NCBI GenBank assembly: GCA_049521175.1
Contig: JBEKPB010000006.1
Location: 41,296 to 105,295, forward strand
Reading direction: 5' to 3'
From: Candidatus Limnocylindrales bacterium
GTDB taxonomy: Bacteria; Chloroflexota; Limnocylindria; Limnocylindrales; CSP1-4
DNA length: 64,000 nt
In this document: positions 59,335-64,000 of the stretch, one piece after another
Layout of the letters: every line of letters begins with the position of its first letter
How positions within the stretch are numbered: the stretch's first letter is position 1
Position numbers and translations under genes: made by a program
Notes under the pieces: model-generated
Databases searched by the model: none
The model's input: the letters and a program-made list of their open reading frames with translations, nothing else
What the model was told of the DNA's origin: nothing

Positions 59335-60426
59335 TTGCGGTCAGCGTATCGATCGAGCATTGCTGCATTGCCCGTCGCCCTCGCTATGGGCTTGACGATG
59401 TTCGTCGGATCGCTCACCTGGCAGGTGCCGGCCGCCAAAGCCTCCTCCGCGCCCCTGGACGCGCAGGCGTCGGAGCTGGTCCGCCTGATCAATGGCGCCA
59501 GAGTTGCTGCGGGCCACAGGGCGCTGAATGTGGATCCCTTCCTGGCGTCGGTGGCTCGAGACGGGGCCATTCCGTGCCCGGATGACGCAAGCAAGACGAT
59601 TGCCGGCCGAGCCCAGGACTTCGCCGCCTTCAACGCCATGTCCCACCTCCTGCGGTTGTGCGACGCCCCTTCCTACACGCTCTCGACTACCGAATTCGTC
59701 AGCGTGCTCCAGTCGCACTGGGGTTACGGCTCCGTCGGTGAGATCGATGTGGTCAACGGCGGGTACGGCAACGGCGCGTACCTCTACTCATACAGCGGTT
59801 GGCAGACCTGGACCTACTCGACAACCGGCCACGCCATGCTTGGCTGGCAAGGGTCGAGCTCCCACTGGGCCATCATCATGGGCGCTTACGACCGCGTCGG
59901 TTGCGGCGGTTGGGCGAACGGCAGCACCTACTACTACGACTGTGCGTTCAGCAGCGGCGGTCCGAATGGCGTGCAGGCGCCGCCGACCGCGTCCCCGTTC
60001 GACCTTCCGCTTCCGACGCCGATTCCCAAGCCGACGCAACCGCCTGCTCCTCGCCCGGTCGTAACCGCGGCGCCGGTGGCGACGCATCGTGCAACTGTCT
60101 CCGGCGGCGGGAGCGGAGGTTCGGGCGCGGGCCCCACCCCGACCGCCGGCCAGACCCCCACCGCGGATCCGTCGCCGACACCGGCGCCGAGCTCCACGGC
60201 GGACGCGGCCCTGGAGGCCAGACTGATTGCGGATGCCACGGCGACAGATCCTGCAGGCCCGGCTGCCGCTCTGCAGGTGAACCCAAAGGGACTCGATGGC
60301 CCATCCGGTTTGGCCGCCTTGGCGGCGCTGGTGATTGCCCTCGCCACAGCCGCCGGAGCGACGGTCCTGGGTGCTCTCTCGCTCCTGCCGTCTATCCGGC
60401 GCCGCCGGCGCGGAACAGCCGGCTAG
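59335..60426 (+). CDS. CAP/SCP/PR-1-like domain protein with signal peptide, Pro/Thr linker and C-terminal TM anchor
   Basis: LINGARVAAGHRALNVDPFLASVA and HWAIIMGAYDRVGCG CAP motifs. C-terminal LAALAALVIALATAAGATVLGALSLLPSIRRRRRG. Confidence 0.65.
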   Translation: MRSAYRSSIAALPVALAMGLTMFVGSLTWQVPAAKASSAPLDAQASELVRLINGARVAAGHRALNVDPFLASVARDGAIPCPDDASKTIAGRAQDFAAFNAMSHLLRLCDAPSYTLSTTEFVSVLQSHWGYGSVGEIDVVNGGYGNGAYLYSYSGWQTWTYSTTGHAMLGWQGSSSHWAIIMGAYDRVGCGGWANGSTYYYDCAFSSGGPNGVQAPPTASPFDLPLPTPIPKPTQPPAPRPVVTAAPVATHRATVSGGGSGGSGAGPTPTAGQTPTADPSPTPAPSSTADAALEARLIADATATDPAGPAAALQVNPKGLDGPSGLAALAALVIALATAAGATVLGALSLLPSIRRRRRGTAG

Positions 60427-60436
60427 CTGAGGGGCC

Positions 60437-61144
60437 CTACTCGCGGCCTCCGAACCTGAGCGACGAGGCGATCAGGATCGCTCCAAGGCCGATGATGACG
60501 ATCGGCCAGGTCAGATTGAGATCGAAGCTCGGGTAGATCTGATGCAGGGCCAGCAGGCCGCCGACGAGTATCAACAGCAGCCCGAAGATCAGGCCCGATC
60601 CACCGTGTTCGTGGCGATACTCGTGCCGCTCGGCGCGCTGCTGCCAGCGCTCGGCTCGTCGCTGCCAGCGTTCCTGGCGCGACTGCCAGCGCCAGTCGCT
60701 GCCCCACGGGCCTCCAGGAGCCGGGGTCCCCGGCGTGCCGGGAGCGGCGGGGCCTGTTCCGGCGCCGGGAGGGGTGCCGGGAGCGGCGCCCGCCGTGGCA
60801 TCCGGAGCCGCGCCTGCGTCAGCGGACGTTGATGGCGCGTCCGGTCCGGCTGAGGGAGCGGCGCCAGGGGCGCCAGGGACCGGCGCCGTGTAGTTGGCGC
60901 CGTAGCCGAGCGGTGCCCCGCCGGGTACCCACGGCGACTGCGGCGGCCACTCGGTCGGCTCGAGCGGAACGACGACGATCATGACCAGATATGCCCAGAA
61001 GGTCAGCGTGCCGCTGAACGGGACCGAGAGGAACCAGATGATCCGGACGATGACCGGGTCGACGTCGAAGTAGGCGGCCACGCCGCCCGCGACGCCGGCA
61101 AAGATGCGGTCGTCGGCAGAGCGGTAAAGGCGTCGAGGATTCAC
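60437..61144 (-). CDS. PspC-domain membrane protein
   Basis: LYRSADDRIFAGVAGGVAAYFDVDPVIVRIIW PspC domain. Two TM. Pro/Gly-rich spacer. Confidence 0.85.
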   Translation of the reverse strand: MNPRRLYRSADDRIFAGVAGGVAAYFDVDPVIVRIIWFLSVPFSGTLTFWAYLVMIVVVPLEPTEWPPQSPWVPGGAPLGYGANYTAPVPGAPGAAPSAGPDAPSTSADAGAAPDATAGAAPGTPPGAGTGPAAPGTPGTPAPGGPWGSDWRWQSRQERWQRRAERWQQRAERHEYRHEHGGSGLIFGLLLILVGGLLALHQIYPSFDLNLTWPIVIIGLGAILIASSLRFGGRE

Positions 61145-62220
61145 TTGCAGCCTCCTGCGGGGTGGAACTTGAGGCTTCCGAGGCTAGTCTCGAAAGTGAG
61201 ATTGGCTTTGTGCGCAGCGGTGTCGTAGTTGGGAGTCTTCCAGAGGCCGTCGACCTTGACCAGACCGGCGCCGCCGAATTCGCTGGAGGAGAGGCTGTCG
61301 GAGCCGCTCACCTGGACCCCAAGCCCGGCCGGCACACACACATCGAGCGAGCCGAGGTTGGTCTTCAGATCACCAGTCAGGTCGGAGGAACCGTCGAGTG
61401 TCACGTAGGCGGCGCCCAGGTTTGTGGAGACCGTCATCGTGCCCACAGTCGCGCCGGATAGGTCCACATGTAGCGTTCCCATGTTGAGCGCGAAGCGGGC
61501 CGAGCCCAGGTTCGCAGAGGCGAGCGTGAACCTTGCGTCACCCAGATCGAGCGTCGTGTTGAGGTCTATCGGTGCGCCCTGCGGCAGCGCGATCTGCCAG
61601 TTGTCCTTGCCGCGGTCGAAGGACCAGCCACTCGTGGTCGCCGAGCTCACGTGCAGCGAGCCGGCGTCGTAGCTGATCTGGGCGGCGTTTCCGGCCGAGT
61701 TGGAGGCATCGACGTGCCAGCGGCCGTCCCCGGACGTTCCTATGGTTGCCGATCCGCACCGGAGATCCAGCTGGACCGACGGAGCCCCGGCGAACGATCC
61801 TGTCTGGGAGACCGTTTGAGTGGCGTTTCCGCCGCCGCAATCCAGGTTGGGGCCGATAGCCAGGACGCTGCCGAAAACCAGCCCAAGGCACGCAGCGACG
61901 ACCAGGCCGCCGACGAAGAAGGCCGGCGTTCGCGACAGGACGAACCCCAAACCGATGCCGACGAGGACAAACGGCCACAGCCGCCAGGCGTCACCGAGCG
62001 CCGAAGAAGAAACGACACCCTGGTGATAGGCCAGCGGCACCGCTCCAAGAAAGATGAAGAAGATTCCCCAGTTGAGTCGACCTCGGTCAACTCTCATGTG
62101 CACCACCTCTCGCGGGCTGCCCTCGCTCGATAGCCGAGCTTTGGGCGGGCTGTCGCCGGCGATCGTTAGCGTCGGACGTTGCTCGGCCTGAGGATACTCA
62201 TGCCGATTCCCCCGGCGCAT
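61141..62220 (-). CDS. LiaG/YvqF-like DUF4097 (putative adhesin beta-repeat) membrane protein; start probably internal (about 62097)
   Basis: TM helices then repeated GD/SxxV beta-solenoid-like strands. Stop overlaps pspC-domain gene start (GTGA). Confidence 0.55.
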   Translation of the reverse strand: MRRGNRHEYPQAEQRPTLTIAGDSPPKARLSSEGSPREVVHMRVDRGRLNWGIFFIFLGAVPLAYHQGVVSSSALGDAWRLWPFVLVGIGLGFVLSRTPAFFVGGLVVAACLGLVFGSVLAIGPNLDCGGGNATQTVSQTGSFAGAPSVQLDLRCGSATIGTSGDGRWHVDASNSAGNAAQISYDAGSLHVSSATTSGWSFDRGKDNWQIALPQGAPIDLNTTLDLGDARFTLASANLGSARFALNMGTLHVDLSGATVGTMTVSTNLGAAYVTLDGSSDLTGDLKTNLGSLDVCVPAGLGVQVSGSDSLSSSEFGGAGLVKVDGLWKTPNYDTAAHKANLTFETSLGSLKFHPAGGCK

Positions 62221-62258
62221 CCTTCGCGAGGTGGGCGGCTGCTCCTTCGCTAGATCGA

Positions 62259-63356
62259 ATGAGGCTAGTCCTCACGCCGGGCCGTGATAGCCTGGCAGGC
62301 GACGGAAGTGATGACGGCGGGCCCCCCTCGGAGACGATTTCGATGCGACTGAGCCAATGGCGCAAGTCGGCCCCAACCAAGGAGTCGATGAGCGATCGAG
62401 TCCTTGCAACCCTCAAACCCGTGCTGGTCGACCTCGGTGACGATGCCGATCCGGATTGCTGGATCACGTGGGGCGACGACCCGGGGCGGTACTCGGTCCT
62501 GGCGCCAACCGTTGCCGGGCTGATCATCATGGCGGTCCGGGCCGGCTCACCTGCGGAGGGGCCGCGCGCCAACGGCAAACTGATCCGCTGGCCAAAACTG
62601 ACCGTCAGCGAGCTCAACATAGAGGCCACCGGGGAACATCGCCTGGTCGCGGTACAGGTCGAGAACCTCGTTCTGAAGGGCGTGGATCACGAGGCCGACA
62701 GGATCTGCGAGTTCGTGCGAGAGGTGATAGCGAGCATCGACGGTCGGACTGCGAAACCGATTCGCATCGCGGTGGCGCAACGAGCCCCGTCGAAGGCGGC
62801 CGCGGCGGTGGCCGCGCCGCAGAAGAGGGTCGTGGCCGCAAGATCGGTCGCCGCAAAGCCCAGGCCGGCGGTTGCTCCGGCACCGATCAAGCGGGCCCCT
62901 GCCGCCGCGGCGACACGAGCCACCGCGCCACGTGCCACTTCCGCGCCCAAGCCGTCGAGTGCCCCCCGACCTAAGGCCCTCCCAGCCGCCGCCAGACCGG
63001 CCGCGCCGAAACCGCCTTCCGCCCGGACCGCCAAGCCGGCGGCCCTCACTCGCGCGCGAAAGCCGTCGCCCAAGTCGAGCGTCGCGGTCGTCCCGGCGGC
63101 TTCACCCGCGCCGGCTGCGTCCGCACCTGCCGGGGCCGCGGCGACGCCGATTCCCGCGCTGCCGTCTGGCAAGGAAACGCCGATCGCCGCTCGCGCGGCC
63201 ACCGCGCCACCCGCCGAAGAGACGGCCCCGGGACCGAAACCATCCGTCGCAGAGGCGCCCGAGCCCGAAGTCGACCTCCCGGAATGGGTAAGCCCGCATC
63301 CGATCGAGGAGCCGCCGGCTCACGAGCCGACCCGGCCGCGCCCCTGGATGCCTTGA
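62259..63356 (+). CDS. Hypothetical protein with Ala/Pro/Lys/Arg-rich low-complexity C-terminal half
   Basis: ORF only. N-terminal about 150 aa globular-looking. Start may be internal (MSDRVLATLKPVLVDL). Confidence 0.35.
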   Translation: MRLVLTPGRDSLAGDGSDDGGPPSETISMRLSQWRKSAPTKESMSDRVLATLKPVLVDLGDDADPDCWITWGDDPGRYSVLAPTVAGLIIMAVRAGSPAEGPRANGKLIRWPKLTVSELNIEATGEHRLVAVQVENLVLKGVDHEADRICEFVREVIASIDGRTAKPIRIAVAQRAPSKAAAAVAAPQKRVVAARSVAAKPRPAVAPAPIKRAPAAAATRATAPRATSAPKPSSAPRPKALPAAARPAAPKPPSARTAKPAALTRARKPSPKSSVAVVPAASPAPAASAPAGAAATPIPALPSGKETPIAARAATAPPAEETAPGPKPSVAEAPEPEVDLPEWVSPHPIEEPPAHEPTRPRPWMP

Positions 63357-63404
63357 GCGCGAGCTTCCCGGCAGGACCCTTCCAGAACCCGACCCTTTGA
63401 GCGA

Positions 63405-64000
63405 CTAACGGCGTCCTAGCAGCACCATGACGCCGCCGAGAGCAGCCGCCACGCCGGCGCCGATGCCGGCGTAGATGCCGTAACCCACCGCGAACCCGCT
63501 GTCGACCCCGAAGCCCGAAGGTCCGTTGATGAGGTCATTTACGTTGCCGTAGGCAGCGACGTCGACCGCAACCACGAACACGCCGCCGACGATCGCGCCC
63601 AGTGCGAACAGCAGGTGCAAGCCCGAGCCACGGCCGAGGCGCATCATCAGGAGCAACCCGCAGACGGCGGCGATCGCACCGCCAGCGAGCAGGTAGTAGC
63701 CGCACGCCAGGGTGGATGTGTCCGTGGCGTCGATGCCGTTGAATGTGGTCCCGGACTGGGTGACCCATGGCAGCCACGCCGTCGCGATGGCGATCAGGCC
63801 TCCGACGGCGGCGAGTAAGGCCCCCAGCGTGTTGGTCCCGGCCGGCGCCTTGGCCGGGATCGCCGCGTACTGCTGAGCTCCATATTGCGGTTGACCGTAC
63901 AGCGGGGCTCCGTACGCGGGTGCCCCGGATGGCGGAGCCGGCGGCTGAGGGGGCGGGGGAGCGGCCTGCGACCAGGCTGGCGGAGGCGCGGCCTGCGACC
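63405..64000 (-). CDS. Membrane protein with Pro/Gly/Tyr/Gln-rich N-terminal region (partial, continues beyond window)
   Basis: TAG stop at 63405-63407. 3-4 TM helices (LLAAVGGLIAIATAWLPW...GGAIAAVCGLLLMM...FALGAIVGGVFVVAV...AAALGGVMVLLG). Confidence 0.4.
   Translation of the reverse strand, partial: SQAAPPPAWSQAAPPPPQPPAPPSGAPAYGAPLYGQPQYGAQQYAAIPAKAPAGTNTLGALLAAVGGLIAIATAWLPWVTQSGTTFNGIDATDTSTLACGYYLLAGGAIAAVCGLLLMMRLGRGSGLHLLFALGAIVGGVFVVAVDVAAYGNVNDLINGPSGFGVDSGFAVGYGIYAGIGAGVAAALGGVMVLLGRR

Overview
This is a high-GC (about 70%) bacterial chromosomal segment carrying housekeeping and energy-metabolism genes plus a few accessory elements. GC-rich junk frames generate many long spurious ORFs. 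The genes I consider real show adjacent genes overlapping by 4 nt (ATGA/GTGA). The main block is a complete six-subunit Ech-type group-4 [NiFe]-hydrogenase operon (echABCDEF) on the minus strand, 6.5-15.9 kb. Its upstream gene is a receiver-only response regulator whose phospho-acceptor Asp is replaced by Glu; it overlaps echA by GTGA. An nfnAB/sudBA-like NAD(P)H/ferredoxin oxidoreductase pair sits downstream, and hypA-hypB are transcribed divergently. Housekeeping genes include a polyprenyl synthase (partial), recO, glyQS, ppdK, a DUF2461-dnaG-rpoD block, tRNA-Asn(GTT), and leuA. leuA is preceded by a Leu-rich leader peptide and an intrinsic terminator, which looks like an attenuator. Other calls are a rhodanese, HIT, NRAMP, a cPGS-like/argF/arcC operon, an F420-type luciferase-like oxidoreductase, manA, two MFS transporters, an aldo/keto reductase, NUDIX, DUF72, and a WYL regulator. 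Accessory or unusual content: an IS1182/IS5-family insertion with imperfect terminal inverted repeats and a frameshifted transposase; a frameshifted ABC ATPase; a MurJ flippase fused to an extracytoplasmic papain/C39-like domain, with a secreted paralog elsewhere; PspC plus a LiaG-like protein; and several tandem-repeat blocks. The repeat blocks are coding Lys/Ala/Pro repeats, an 880-bp repeat-rich intergenic region upstream of the carbamoyltransferase operon, and a 3-unit repeat array upstream of the tRNA. Phylum is not assignable from sequence alone. F420-type enzymes, a long-form LeuA and a sigma factor with a long non-conserved region point to an actinobacterial-like or Chloroflexi-like lineage.
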